Translations under genes and position numbers: made by a program
Shown here: piece by piece, positions 32,928 to 43,529 of the stretch
Position numbering within the stretch: position 1 is the first letter of the stretch
How the letters are laid out: each line of letters starts with the position of its first letter
The notes under the pieces: generated by a model
What the model was told of the DNA's origin: nothing
The model's input: only the letters and a program-made list of their open reading frames with translations
Databases searched by the model: none
Assembly: GCA_963835065.1 (NCBI GenBank)
Contig: CAWIEK010000049.1
Span: 64,001 to 128,000 of the forward strand
From: an uncultured Chthonomonadaceae bacterium
GTDB taxonomy: Bacteria; Armatimonadota; Chthonomonadetes; Chthonomonadales; Chthonomonadaceae
DNA: 64,000 nt
Reading direction: 5' to 3'

Positions 32928-34250
32928 TCATACTCTGCCTTTTCTGACCCACTCTTCCCACCGTTTACCCAGCGTCACGCCCTGCGTTATGAGCGGGTCT
33001 TCCGTTTTGCCGACACGGGCGAGTTTCTGCGCGATCCATTCTTCCAAATCCGCTTCCATTTGCGCGGCTTGTTCGGGGAGCGTTTCCGCCAGATTGATGT
33101 TTTCTGCCGGGTCTGTGGTCAGGTCATAAAGTTCGCGCATCGGCTGTTGGTGATGGTCCGGCTGGCGGGACAGGATAAACTTGGCGTCGTTGGTTCGGCA
33201 GCACCATTTGCTTTGCCAGGTGCTTTCGCAGCAAATTACCTGTTTCCATCCGCCTTGTTCCGTTTGCCCCGTTGCAAGCGGCCATAAATCTTGCCCTTCC
33301 ATTCTCTCCGGCACGGACGCGCCGCAGGCATTGAGAAGCGTGGGCGCTAAGTCTAAATGTTGAACTATCGGCGCAATACTTGTACCCGGCGCGATTTTGC
33401 CCGGAAGCCGCATCAGCAGGGGTACATGAATTGTAGGGTCATACAGCCCGTGATGTTCAAAATAAATGTCATGCTCCGTCAGACTTTCGCCATGATCGCC
33501 CGTTACCACAACCAGCGTATCCTCGCTCAATCCCGTTGCGTCGAGAGTGTGCAGAATCTCGGCAACGCCATCGTCCACATGCCGAATCTCCGCGTCATAA
33601 AGCGAAGATACGTACTCGGCATCCGTAATCGGCCCCAACTTGTCGAACCACAAATCCCCGAACATGCCGTAAATGGGCTGCTTCTTCACAGCCTCGAAAC
33701 TGTGGAATTCGGGCGAAAAGGGGTCGCGTTCGGAAGGATAAAATGTCTGATAGCGCTTGGGCGGCGTGTAGGGCGTGTGTGGTTCCCAATAGTGCAGAAA
33801 CAGGAAGAACTTTTCCCGCGCATGTTCTTTCATCCAGGGAACGGCGCGGGCGTTGATTTCCTCACACGATACGAGCAGGCGCAGTTTATGCCGGAACGAG
33901 GGATTGATATAAAACTCGTACCCCCGCGCCAGCCAGGGCTTGATGTCGTACAAATTGTCCACAGCCGCCGTCGTATACCCGGCATTTTGCAGCAGTTCGG
34001 GCAGCACGGGAATTTTGCGGTCCAAATCCACCTGCCCGCCATGACAAACGATGTTGTGCGTAATCGGATGCAGGCCGGTATACATCGTAGTATGCGCGGG
34101 CGTGGTCGGTATCCCCGGCGCAAAGCAGCGTTCAAAGCGCGCGCCCTGACCGGCAAGCGCGTCCAGTGTCGGACTCGTTGCCTGTGGATAGCCATAGCAT
34201 CCCAACCGCGTTGCCCGCAGCGTGTCAATAACGATAAAGACAATGTTCAT
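32928..34250 (-). CDS. Sulfatase-like hydrolase (alkaline phosphatase superfamily)
   Basis: NIVFIVIDTLR, PTTPAH, HYWEPHTPY, TGDHGE, ELYDL..DP.E. Confidence 0.9.
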   Translation of the reverse strand: MNIVFIVIDTLRATRLGCYGYPQATSPTLDALAGQGARFERCFAPGIPTTPAHTTMYTGLHPITHNIVCHGGQVDLDRKIPVLPELLQNAGYTTAAVDNLYDIKPWLARGYEFYINPSFRHKLRLLVSCEEINARAVPWMKEHAREKFFLFLHYWEPHTPYTPPKRYQTFYPSERDPFSPEFHSFEAVKKQPIYGMFGDLWFDKLGPITDAEYVSSLYDAEIRHVDDGVAEILHTLDATGLSEDTLVVVTGDHGESLTEHDIYFEHHGLYDPTIHVPLLMRLPGKIAPGTSIAPIVQHLDLAPTLLNACGASVPERMEGQDLWPLATGQTEQGGWKQVICCESTWQSKWCCRTNDAKFILSRQPDHHQQPMRELYDLTTDPAENINLAETLPEQAAQMEADLEEWIAQKLARVGKTEDPLITQGVTLGKRWEEWVRKGRV

Positions 34251-34286
34251 GGGCCGTTATTTCGCAAATCTCTCTGAAAATCCTTT

Positions 34287-34402
34287 GCCTCCTTTGTCTT
34301 GAACCATGATTTTCAGGATTTTCAGGATTAGCATGATTGCGGATTCGCGTTCATCCTGGTAATCCACTAATCCTGAAAATCATGGTTCAAGACAAAGGAG
34401 GC
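34287..34402. repeat. Palindromic element with perfect 34-bp arms
   Basis: GCCTCCTTTGTCTTGAACCATGATTTTCAGGATT and its exact reverse complement. Confidence 0.92.
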
Positions 34403-34410
34403 CTTGCGCA

Positions 34411-34440
34411 TTGACAATCGCAGACCGTTTGCGCTATCCT
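34411..34440 (+). promoter_or_regulatory. Sigma70-type promoter candidate for the amidohydrolase pair
   Basis: TTGACA-N18-TATCCT. Confidence 0.4.
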
Positions 34441-34755
34441 TAACTCAACGTTAATTATGGCTGGAACATCGCCGCGCATATTCCTGCCCGCCGAGTTCCC
34501 TCACCATCAACCCATCTTCCCCAACGCTGCCGTTCGGAAGTACCTGCGAGTATGCGCCAACTACTCGTTGCCTGCGTTTCCATCAGTGTTTACTTCAGCA
34601 ACCTCGCCGTTGCGCTTTTGTCTTCATCCCTGTTTACCGTTTATGCCATCGTTCAGGAATCGGTATTTGTCGCAAGAATTGTTCTTGTCACAAAGATTGT
34701 TCTTGTAGTAGGAAGCGTTTCCATCACGGGACACCGCTTCGGGAGGTTACATCCA

Positions 34756-36573
34756 TTGAATAGACACGTTCTCGTCTTGCCGGGCCTGCTTTGCCTGCTG
34801 TCCGGCATGACCCTGTCCACAGCGCGGGCGCAGGCTCCATTCTCTTCGGTCAACAGCGTGTACGCGGTTGTCGGGGCGCGTATCGAAGTCGGCAACGGCA
34901 AAGTGATTGAAAAAGGAACCGTGCTTGTCCGTGACGGCATGATTGAGGCCGTCGGCGTGGACGTAAAAGTTCCGCCGGAAGCCGAAATCATCAAGGGCGA
35001 CGGCCTGACCGTGTACCCCGGCTTCATTGACGCCCATTCCACGCGCGGTCTCACTCTGCCTGACGCCCAGCCGACGCAGGACGTTGCGCCCGACATCAGC
35101 GCGGGCGCTCCCCCGTTCATGCGCGAAGCCAACCGCAAGGGAATTCGCCCCGAACTTCGCGCCGGGGATTACCTGACGCTGACGGACGAAATGATTCGCC
35201 CCGCCCGCGCCAGTGGCTTCACAACGGAAATGATTATGCCCACCGGGGGAACCATCAACGGCATGGGGACTCTGGTGAACTTGACGGGAATGCCGCGCCG
35301 TGACAGCATCGTGCGCCCGGATGTGGCGATGAACTTCACCTTCCGCACAACCGGAAGCGGCTACCCCGGCAGTCTGATGGGAATTCAGGCATTGACCCGG
35401 CAGACCCTCCTTGACGCGCAGTATTTCCAGATGGTGCAGACGGCGTTCACGCATGGCGGCAGCCACCGCCCGCCCGCCGACGAATCCCTGTCCGCACTCA
35501 TGCCCGTGCTGAACGGCTCGATGCCCGTTTTGTTTGATGCCGACAGCGAAAACGAAATCCGCCGCGCGATTCGCATGGCCGATGAGTTCAACTTGAAACT
35601 GATGCTGAGTGGCGGAACCGAAGCGTACAAAGCCCTGCCCGTCCTCTCGCAGCGCAAAATTCCCGTGATTGTCAGCCTCGACTTCGGGCAGGAACCGGGC
35701 GTCACCGCTCCTGCCGGTCAGGGCGGCGCACCCGGCGGCTTTGGCGCGGGCGGCGTTGGCGGACGTCCCGGCGGCTTCGGCAACCGACAGGGACGCGGCA
35801 ACCGCCAGCCCGGAGGCACTCCCGGCGCACCCGGTACTCCCGGCGTTCCCGGCGCGAATCCTCCTGCCGGTACTCCCCCCACAGCGCCCCCGCCTGCCGA
35901 TCCGCCCGCCGCGCAGCCCGCCGCCGTTCCCAATCCCGCCGCGCCCGCAACAACCGGGCAGGCGGAACCGAACAAGCCGGCCACCAACGAAAAACCCGGT
36001 CAGGATCAGGGCAAACCCGTGCCGCCCAAGCCGGACAAAGAAGACGCCGTGCCGCCGAACGCGAACCCCAATCAGGCCAACCGGCCCGTAGACCCCAACG
36101 CGCCGCCGAGCAGCACGGTCAACACCAGTAACACGGATGCTGAAGACACCGCCCTGCCGCCGCCCGTGCTGAAAGAGCGGCATCTCAAGTGGGAAGAAAA
36201 AGTCGCCAACGTCGGCATGTTGAGCAAAGCGGGTGTTCCCTTCGCGTTCACCACGAAAGGCAACCGCAGCCAGGCCGAATTCCTGACTAACCTGCGCCGC
36301 GCCATCACTGCGGGACTGCCCCGCGAAGCCGCCCTCCGCGCCCTCACCCTTGACGCCGCCCGACTGCTCGGCGTGGACAAGCAAATGGGAACGGTGGAAG
36401 TGGGCAAAGTGGCGGCGCTTGTCGTCATGTCCGGCGACTTCGTTCAGCCGACAACGCGGGTTCGCTACCTGTTCATAGACAAGAACAAATTCGAGCCGGA
36501 TCGCGATACCGGCCCGCTGCCCGCTCTGCCGCAGCGCCGCCGTCCCGCTGATGACAATGACGATAACGATTAA
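34756..36573 (+). CDS. Secreted amidohydrolase-family protein with long G/P-rich insertion
   Basis: GGAGG then TTG; signal peptide; YPGFIDAH, ALRALT..AA..LG, GTVEVGK. Confidence 0.85.
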   Translation: MNRHVLVLPGLLCLLSGMTLSTARAQAPFSSVNSVYAVVGARIEVGNGKVIEKGTVLVRDGMIEAVGVDVKVPPEAEIIKGDGLTVYPGFIDAHSTRGLTLPDAQPTQDVAPDISAGAPPFMREANRKGIRPELRAGDYLTLTDEMIRPARASGFTTEMIMPTGGTINGMGTLVNLTGMPRRDSIVRPDVAMNFTFRTTGSGYPGSLMGIQALTRQTLLDAQYFQMVQTAFTHGGSHRPPADESLSALMPVLNGSMPVLFDADSENEIRRAIRMADEFNLKLMLSGGTEAYKALPVLSQRKIPVIVSLDFGQEPGVTAPAGQGGAPGGFGAGGVGGRPGGFGNRQGRGNRQPGGTPGAPGTPGVPGANPPAGTPPTAPPPADPPAAQPAAVPNPAAPATTGQAEPNKPATNEKPGQDQGKPVPPKPDKEDAVPPNANPNQANRPVDPNAPPSSTVNTSNTDAEDTALPPPVLKERHLKWEEKVANVGMLSKAGVPFAFTTKGNRSQAEFLTNLRRAITAGLPREAALRALTLDAARLLGVDKQMGTVEVGKVAALVVMSGDFVQPTTRVRYLFIDKNKFEPDRDTGPLPALPQRRRPADDNDDND

Positions 36574-36613
36574 ACAAATTCTTCCTCTGTTGGTTTTCAG
36601 AAAGGAAAGATGA

Positions 36614-39412
36614 GTGAAAAACTCACGCTGGACACTGCCGCTCGGCTGCGCCCTTTTAACCGCGCAGCTCGGAGCGCAAACGCCCCAAACGCCCAATCAG
36701 GCTCCAAGAACACGCCCTGCCACCGCGCCCGGAACCCCGGCAGCGCGGCCACAGGGCAACGCAACCCTCAACCCTCAACCCTCAACCCCCAACTCGCCCG
36801 CCCTTGTGCAGACGATACTCGAACTGGACGCGGATCGAACACCATCCACCGTCACCAAGGGCAGCTGCCTGATTAAAAACGGGACGCTGCTGACGGTCAC
36901 GCACGGCAACATGCCCGGTACGGACATTCTGATTCAAAACGGCAAAATCGCGGCTATCGGCAAGAACCTGACCGCGCCTGCGGGCGTTGTGGTCATTGAC
37001 GCAACGGGCAAATGCGTGTCGCCGGGATTGATTGACGCCCACTCGCATATCGCGCTGGACTCCGTGAACGAGGGCAGCGATGCGATTACCGCCGAAGTGC
37101 GGATGCACGATGTCATTAATCCGCAGAGCATGTCCATCTATCGCGGCCTGTCGAATGGCGTCACGAGTTCGCTTCTGCTGCATGGCAGCGCCAACCCCAT
37201 CGGCGGGCAAAGCGTGGTCGTGAAGATGAAGTACAAGCGGCCTGTCGAGGAACTGATTGTGCCGGACGCGCCGCGCATGATCAAGTTCGCATTGGGTGAA
37301 AACGTCAAGCAGTCCAACGGCGGCGGCTTCAATCAGGGGCCGTCGCGGTTTCCCGGCACGCGCATGGGCGTCGAAGCCGTATACCGCCGCGCCTTTGCCG
37401 AAGCCGGGAAGTACAACGGATTGTGGAACAAGTACAATGCGGAAAAGAGCGGCAACCCCAACGCCCTGCCGCCCCGCCGCGACCTGCGGCTGGAAACCCT
37501 TGCCGACATTCTCAACGGCAAAATATGGGTGCAGTGCCACTCATATCGCGCCGACGAGATGCTGATGATGGTGCGACTAAGTCAGGAGTACCACTTCAAG
37601 CTGGTCTTTCAGCACGGTTTGGAAGCGTACAAAATCGCGCCCGAAATCGCCGCTGCGGGTGTGCAGGTATCCACGTTCGCGGATGCGTGGGCGTATAAGG
37701 AGGAAGCGTTCGACGCCATTCCCTACAACGCCGCGCTTTGCACCAAAGCGGGTATCGTCACCAGCGTCAACTCGGACAACACGGCGGGCACGTATCGCCT
37801 TAACATCGAAGCCGCCAACAGCATGAAGTACGGTGGCCTGACCGAAAACGAAGCCATCCGCCTTGTCACTCTCAACCCCGCGATGCAATTGGGCATTGAC
37901 AAGCGGGCGGGCAGTCTGGACGTGGGCAAGGACGGCGACATCACGATTTGGGACGGCCATCCCCTGAGCGTGTACTCCAAAGCCCGCATGACACTGGTGG
38001 AAGGCGAAGTTTTTTATCAGCGCAAAGACCCGTTCAGCATGGACAAGCAGGCGAACGCCAAAACCACGCTGGACGTTCATACCATCGAGCCGACCGTGCC
38101 GGCTGTGCCGCCCGTTCGCCGCGCCTATGCCATTGTGGGCGCGACGGTGCATCCCGTCTCCTCGCCGGACATTCTCAACGGCATGGTTGTGATTGAAGAC
38201 GGCAAAATCAAGGCGGTCGGCAAGAGCGTGGCGATTCCGTCCGGCGCGTATGTGGTTCACGCCAAGGGGATGCACGTGTATCCCGGCCTGATAGACGCGG
38301 GTTCCGAAGTGGGCTTGCAGGAAATCGAAAGCATCCGCGCGACCATTGACACATCCGAAAGCGGCGAATTCCAGCCCGACCTGCTGGCGGCAACCGCCGT
38401 CAACCCCGGCAGCGAGCATCTCGCCATTTCGCGGGGCAACGGCATTACGAGCGCGGCAGTGCGCCCGTCCGGCGGCACGATTGCCGGGCAGATCGGCATT
38501 ATTGACCTGGCAGGCTGGACCCCCGAACTGATGCGGGTGAAAAGCCCGGTGGCGCTGCAAATCAACTTCCCCGAAACGCAGCGCAATTCCCGCTTCGCCG
38601 CCTTCCTGACACCCGAACAGATGCAGCAGATACAGCAGCGGGACAGTGGCCGCGCCCGCTTATTGCGCGACTACTTCGACCATGCCAAACTCTACGCAAC
38701 CGCGCGTAAGCAGAACCCGACCGCCACGATGATCGAACCGTCGCTGGAAGCCATGACGCCCTATGTGATGGGCAAAGCGCCGATTATCTTCACGGTTTCC
38801 ACCGCGCAGGGGGCCAGGCGGGCAATCCAGTTTGCGGAAGATTTGGGGCTGAAAGCCATTCTTTCGGGTGGCCCGGACGTGTGGAAAGTGGCCGATCTGC
38901 TGGCAAAGAAGAAAGTGCCGTACATCTACAACATCCCCATCAATAACAGCATCAACGACATGCCCCCTGCCAACGATTACGACCCGACGGATACCCCGTG
39001 GACGGCTCCCGCCGTCTTGCAGCGGGCGGGCGTCAAGCTGTCGTTCGAGACCCTGAGCGCAGCCGAAGCCAAAAACTTGCCGCGTCAGGTGGGCATCATG
39101 TGCGCGTATGGCCTGCCCCGCGAAGCCGCCATCCGCGCCCTGACGCTGGACGCAGCCGAAACGCTGGGCGTCGCCGACAGCATGGGCAGTCTGGACGCGG
39201 GCAAACTGGCAAACATCATGATCACGGACGGCGACCCGCTGGAAGTGACCACCTGCGTCCACAACCTGTTCATCGCCGGCAAGCCGATCCTGCTGGAAAG
39301 CAAGCACACGCGCCTGTACGAACTCTACATGCAGCGTTTAGGCGAAACGTCCTCCCCCTCCCTCGCCCAAAAAACCAAAAAGCAGCCCTCCTCCGTCGGA
39401 GCCAGCCAGTAA
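36614..39412 (+). CDS. Secreted tandem (two-domain) amidohydrolase-family protein
   Basis: PGLIDAHSH, KFALGEN, CHSY, FQHG, NSD; second domain PGLIDAGS. Confidence 0.9.
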   Translation: MKNSRWTLPLGCALLTAQLGAQTPQTPNQAPRTRPATAPGTPAARPQGNATLNPQPSTPNSPALVQTILELDADRTPSTVTKGSCLIKNGTLLTVTHGNMPGTDILIQNGKIAAIGKNLTAPAGVVVIDATGKCVSPGLIDAHSHIALDSVNEGSDAITAEVRMHDVINPQSMSIYRGLSNGVTSSLLLHGSANPIGGQSVVVKMKYKRPVEELIVPDAPRMIKFALGENVKQSNGGGFNQGPSRFPGTRMGVEAVYRRAFAEAGKYNGLWNKYNAEKSGNPNALPPRRDLRLETLADILNGKIWVQCHSYRADEMLMMVRLSQEYHFKLVFQHGLEAYKIAPEIAAAGVQVSTFADAWAYKEEAFDAIPYNAALCTKAGIVTSVNSDNTAGTYRLNIEAANSMKYGGLTENEAIRLVTLNPAMQLGIDKRAGSLDVGKDGDITIWDGHPLSVYSKARMTLVEGEVFYQRKDPFSMDKQANAKTTLDVHTIEPTVPAVPPVRRAYAIVGATVHPVSSPDILNGMVVIEDGKIKAVGKSVAIPSGAYVVHAKGMHVYPGLIDAGSEVGLQEIESIRATIDTSESGEFQPDLLAATAVNPGSEHLAISRGNGITSAAVRPSGGTIAGQIGIIDLAGWTPELMRVKSPVALQINFPETQRNSRFAAFLTPEQMQQIQQRDSGRARLLRDYFDHAKLYATARKQNPTATMIEPSLEAMTPYVMGKAPIIFTVSTAQGARRAIQFAEDLGLKAILSGGPDVWKVADLLAKKKVPYIYNIPINNSINDMPPANDYDPTDTPWTAPAVLQRAGVKLSFETLSAAEAKNLPRQVGIMCAYGLPREAAIRALTLDAAETLGVADSMGSLDAGKLANIMITDGDPLEVTTCVHNLFIAGKPILLESKHTRLYELYMQRLGETSSPSLAQKTKKQPSSVGASQ

Positions 39413-39579
39413 GCGAAAACATGCGGGTCAACTGTTGTCGTGAGAACAGTTGGCACGCTGTGATATGCTGTTTGGATTTATCAGTCTCAAACCTAACGCA
39501 TGAAGATGATTTGCTGCTGTAGAGCGGCTTTCAAATACGAAACCTACAGAGTTTGTGAGTATTGGAGGATTTAGGAAAC

Positions 39580-40978
39580 GTGAAGAAGTTCGACCTCAAT
39601 ATGGAAAGCGTTTTGGAAGATTGGGAAGTTTTTCATGCACTTAGGGAAATTATTGCCAATGCGATAGACGAACAGGTGTTGACACGGACAGAGAATATTC
39701 GTATCTATAAGGACGAGCAGAATAAATGGCACATCCGAGATTTTGGTCGGGGGTTACGATACGAACACTTGACGCAAAATGAGAATCAGGAAAAACTCAA
39801 GCAGTCTAACCTCGTCATCGGTAAATTCGGCGTGGGTCTCAAGGACGCAATGGCTGTATTGAACCGTCATAACATAGGCGTTTTAATACAATCCCAGTAT
39901 GGCGACATAACGCTCGAAAGTTCCTCCAAACATGGTTTTGAGGACATAGTTACTCTACACGCTGTTATCGTCACCCCTTCTGATGCTCAGATTATCGGCA
40001 CGGAGTTTATCCTTGAAGGGGTCAAGGACAGTGACATTGAATATGCCAAAGAATTCTTTTTGTTGTTCTCAGACGAACAGTTATTAGAGAAAACTTCCTA
40101 TGGGCAAGTTCTACAGAAAGGTAATGACTATGCTCACATTTACATTAATGGTGTGCGGGTCGCCCAAGAGGACAATTTTCTCTTTTCCTACAACCTTACT
40201 TCGTTAACACAAACAATGCGCAAGGCACTCAACCGAGAGAGAACCCATGTAGGCAGAACCGCTTACACGGATCGTGTGAAAGCCATTTTGCTGGAGTGCA
40301 AGAGCAAGGCAGTAGCAGAACTATTGGCTATCGAACCTGAGCAAATATGAAACCGGGCAATGTCATGATGAATTAAACTGGATTGATGTTGCGGTTCATG
40401 CTTGCAAATTGCTAAATGCGACAGGCAAGGTCATCTTTCTCACATCAAGAGAACTTATCAATGCAAAGAATATGGTTGATCAAGCGGCTAATGAAGGTTT
40501 GAAAATTGTTATTGTTCCTGAGAATGTTAAACTGAAACTCCGAGGCTTAATAGACGTAAAAGGCAGTCCTGTACGGGATTTGGCCGAATTTATGGATGAG
40601 TGGAACAACAGTTTCGAATTCTCATTTGTCCCTGAAGACGCATTGACGGAAAGCGAAAAGGCAGTCTATTCCAAAACTGATAGTATACTCCAACTCGTGG
40701 GAGGCAAGCCAAGCAACGTAAAAGTAATATTGATTTCGGAAACAATGCGTGTAGACGTAGGGAGGTATCAAGAAGCGCTTGGAGTGTGGGAAGAAACCAG
40801 TCGGCGGGTAATTATCAAACGTTCTGAATTGCGAAGTCTCGAAGACTATGCAGCAGTGCTGCTTCATGAGATAGCCCATGCTATTAGTGGTGCATCTGAT
40901 GTCAGCAGAGAGTTTGAGCATCAGCTAACCATACTGTTAGGTAAGGTTGCTTCCAATGTGCTTCTTGGTGGTATCTGA
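39580..40978 (+). CDS. GHKL-type ATPase fused to a C-terminal HExxH metallopeptidase-like domain, frameshift near 40334
   Basis: ALREIIANAIDE, IRDFGRG, IGKFGVGLK; LLHEIAH; removing one A near 40334 joins the two ORFs. Confidence 0.8.
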
Positions 40979-41034
40979 TGTATAATGAAGTAGGGCGAAG
41001 TCTTGCGCACTATTGCTTTCAGGAGACGAAAACC

Positions 41035-41250
41035 ATGGGTAACGCCTTTTCTGTAGAGCCAACAGATGAAGAAACCGCAAAAGTAGAGTTGGAATTGCAC
41101 TCCCTGTTTGCCGCAATGGATCGCATAGACGAACGGATTGCCAAAAACCAGCAGGAAACAGACCGCTTGAAAGCCAAAACAAAGACGAAACTCGCCCAAT
41201 TGAGGACACTCACTAACTACACTACTACTCACGCCGACGCGCCCGTATAG
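41035..41250 (+). CDS. Small coiled-coil hypothetical protein
   Basis: TATAAT at 40981, AGGAG RBS, ATG 41035. Confidence 0.55.
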   Translation: MGNAFSVEPTDEETAKVELELHSLFAAMDRIDERIAKNQQETDRLKAKTKTKLAQLRTLTNYTTTHADAPV

Positions 41251-42014
41251 TGTTTGAGGCCAAAGCGCCAGAAGGCCGAGGCCAGCAGCACGGCGGCAGC
41301 GGAAATACCGACAGCGGCTAAGGCCGAAGACGTTCCCAGTTGCCCGGTGAACTCCTGCGCCGGAATGGTAATGATGAACGTGACGGGAATCACATACGTC
41401 AGCGCCCCGCGCAGCCATGCCGGGTAAATGTCAATCGGATAGCGCCCCGCCTCGAACGCCTGCCAGACGATCTGTTCGATGTTATCAATCTTCACGAACC
41501 AGAACGTCAGCGTGACCAGACACAGCCAGAACGCATACATGATGCCCGCGCCCGCAATCAGCGTCACGCCAAACGCAAGCCCCTGTCCTATCCCCACCGT
41601 CAGCGACAGTTTGCCCACCGTATACAGGCACAAGCCCATGCCGACCAGCACATTCGCCATTTGCCACACGTTGATGGTGCGAAACGAGGCGAGAAACTGC
41701 GAGGGAACCGGCTTCAGCAGCACAAAATCCAGCGTCCCATCCCGCACCTGCCCCATGACATTGCGCATGTTGGGCGCGACGACCATTTCAATCAGGCCGT
41801 TCATCAGATAGTACACGGCGATCAGCACCATCACCTGCGGAAACGTCCAGCCCTTGATGTTGCTCGTGTAGTTGAACGCGAGGCTCAGGCCACCAACAGT
41901 GGTAATCAGGCCAAGCAGACTGGCGATAATGCGCGTAAAGAAGTCCGCCCGGTACTCCATATCCGTTTGTACGCTGGTTCGGAAAAAGACCGCAAGCAAT
42001 TTGGCGTAGCGCAT
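41229..42014 (-). CDS. ABC-2 family (DUF990-type) permease
   Basis: MEYRADF, GWT, VRDGTLDFVLLKP, YPIDIYP, YTGASA. Confidence 0.9.
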   Translation of the reverse strand: MRYAKLLAVFFRTSVQTDMEYRADFFTRIIASLLGLITTVGGLSLAFNYTSNIKGWTFPQVMVLIAVYYLMNGLIEMVVAPNMRNVMGQVRDGTLDFVLLKPVPSQFLASFRTINVWQMANVLVGMGLCLYTVGKLSLTVGIGQGLAFGVTLIAGAGIMYAFWLCLVTLTFWFVKIDNIEQIVWQAFEAGRYPIDIYPAWLRGALTYVIPVTFIITIPAQEFTGQLGTSSALAAVGISAAAVLLASAFWRFGLKHYTGASA

Positions 42015-42036
42015 AAAAAGCCTCTTCTGAACCTAC

Positions 42037-42162
42037 TGGCCGGGGATTGAAAATCCCCGGCACAAAAGGTCAAGCGTCCTGCAAACGCGGGAATTTGTGA
42101 ATCAAGCATCGCGTCTGAAAGACGCTTGATTTGTCCTGCCGGGGATTTTCAATCCCCGGCCA
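42037..42162. repeat. REP-like doublet of GCCGGGGATT..AATCCCCGGC palindromes
   Basis: Two palindromes in inverted arrangement with a complementary inner stem (TCAAGCGTC/GACGCTTGA). Confidence 0.85.
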
Positions 42163-42176
42163 CAGACAGCAGACGT

Positions 42177-43236
42177 TCATTCGTCCGTCTCGCGGGCCGG
42201 TACAGGAGACGCAAGCCGCCGTGCTTCCTCCTGATAGCGGTTAAAGCCCAACTGCTGAAAGAGGGGAATAAGCCTGTCCAAGTTTACGGGTGAAACCTTT
42301 GCTGATTCCAGCGAGAACGGCAGGTCAGCGTCACGTTTCAGCGTCACCATTGCTTTCGAGAGCGGCAGGTAATCCCGCGCTTTTTCCAGATTTTCGCGCT
42401 TCTTGCCCTTGATCTGCTCCAGGTTTTCCAACACGCTTTCCATGCTGCCGAACTGCTGCACAAGCTGCGCGGCGGTTTTCAGGCCGATACCTTCCACGCC
42501 CGGCACGTTGTCTACGGTATCGCCCGTAAGCGCCATCACATCCACGACCTGCGCGGGCGTAATTCCCTTGTTGGCCTGTAATCCTGCCGCATCCAGCATC
42601 ACATCCGTATGCACATCGAAAAGCGTCACGCGGTCACAAATCAACTGCTCCAAATCTTTATCTTTGGATACCATGCGGATAGCAACATCGGGGTGCTGCG
42701 GATCGTCCAGCACCTGCTGCGCAAGCGTGGCGATGATGTCATCCGCTTCCAATCCCGACACCCCGATAATGGGGATGCCGAACGCCTGTATTACCTGAAA
42801 GATGCGGTCTATCTGAATCGTCAGGTCGTCGGGCGTGGCGCGGCGCGTTCCCTTGTACTCCACATAGCGTCCGGTTGCAATCGGCTCCGGCGGCATTTGC
42901 CCCAACGTTTCTTCCAGCCCGCCTCCCAATGGGTCTACCGGCTCCTGCTCCGTTTCTTCTCGGCGGACGGGCGGCAGGGAAAACCCCGCATTGCCCGGAT
43001 GCAGCATCAGGTACTGCAAATACAGTTCGTCCCGAAATGTCCTGCCCCGGCGCGTCAATGGCAACGGCAACATAATCCGGCTGAAACTTGGACAGCAGTT
43101 TCAGCAGCATACCCGTAAATCCGAACGTGGCATTGGTAGGTTCCCCGGTATCAGGGCTGAACATAGCCGTGCGAATCGCATAATAGGCGCGAAACACCTG
43201 CGCATAGCCATCAATAATGTAAAACGTTTTCGGCAT
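42177..43236 (-). CDS. Stand-alone 5'-3' exonuclease/flap endonuclease (Pol I N-terminal-like), frameshift near 43045
   Basis: IIDG..FRAYYA, GEPTNA, EADDII, SKDKDL, GDTVDNVPGVEGIGLKTA. Confidence 0.9.
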
Positions 43237-43529
43237 AGTTAAGGTTGTGTCCAATCAACGATGGGCAAGCCGGCAATACGGCAAAATGTGGGTACCGTAG
43301 TTTTGGTATCAACCATGTAATTCACGTTAGCAAACCCTCGCGCGCCTCGAACTACAGTGTTCATCGCTTCAGCGTCTTCCAGACTTGCGGACATCCTTGA
43401 TCGCCTGACGGCAGATTTGTACGCGCTTTCACCAAGTCCTGCCGCTACAGCAACAGACTTTGCGCTGTTTCTCAATGGCTAATCCTTGCCGGTTCGTACT
43501 GTGGTATAATTTCGCAGGCGCTTATCTCA

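Noticed and set aside
34747..36696. 649-aa minus-strand ORF and other long antisense ORFs (11276-12313, 51268-52473, 4130-5152)
   Set aside because: Shadow frames of GC-rich genes with clear family motifs on the opposite strand
43239..43475. ORF remnants at 43239-43475, 16001-16237 and 46768-47064
   Set aside because: No motif or clear translation signals; they may be decayed fragments but cannot be supported
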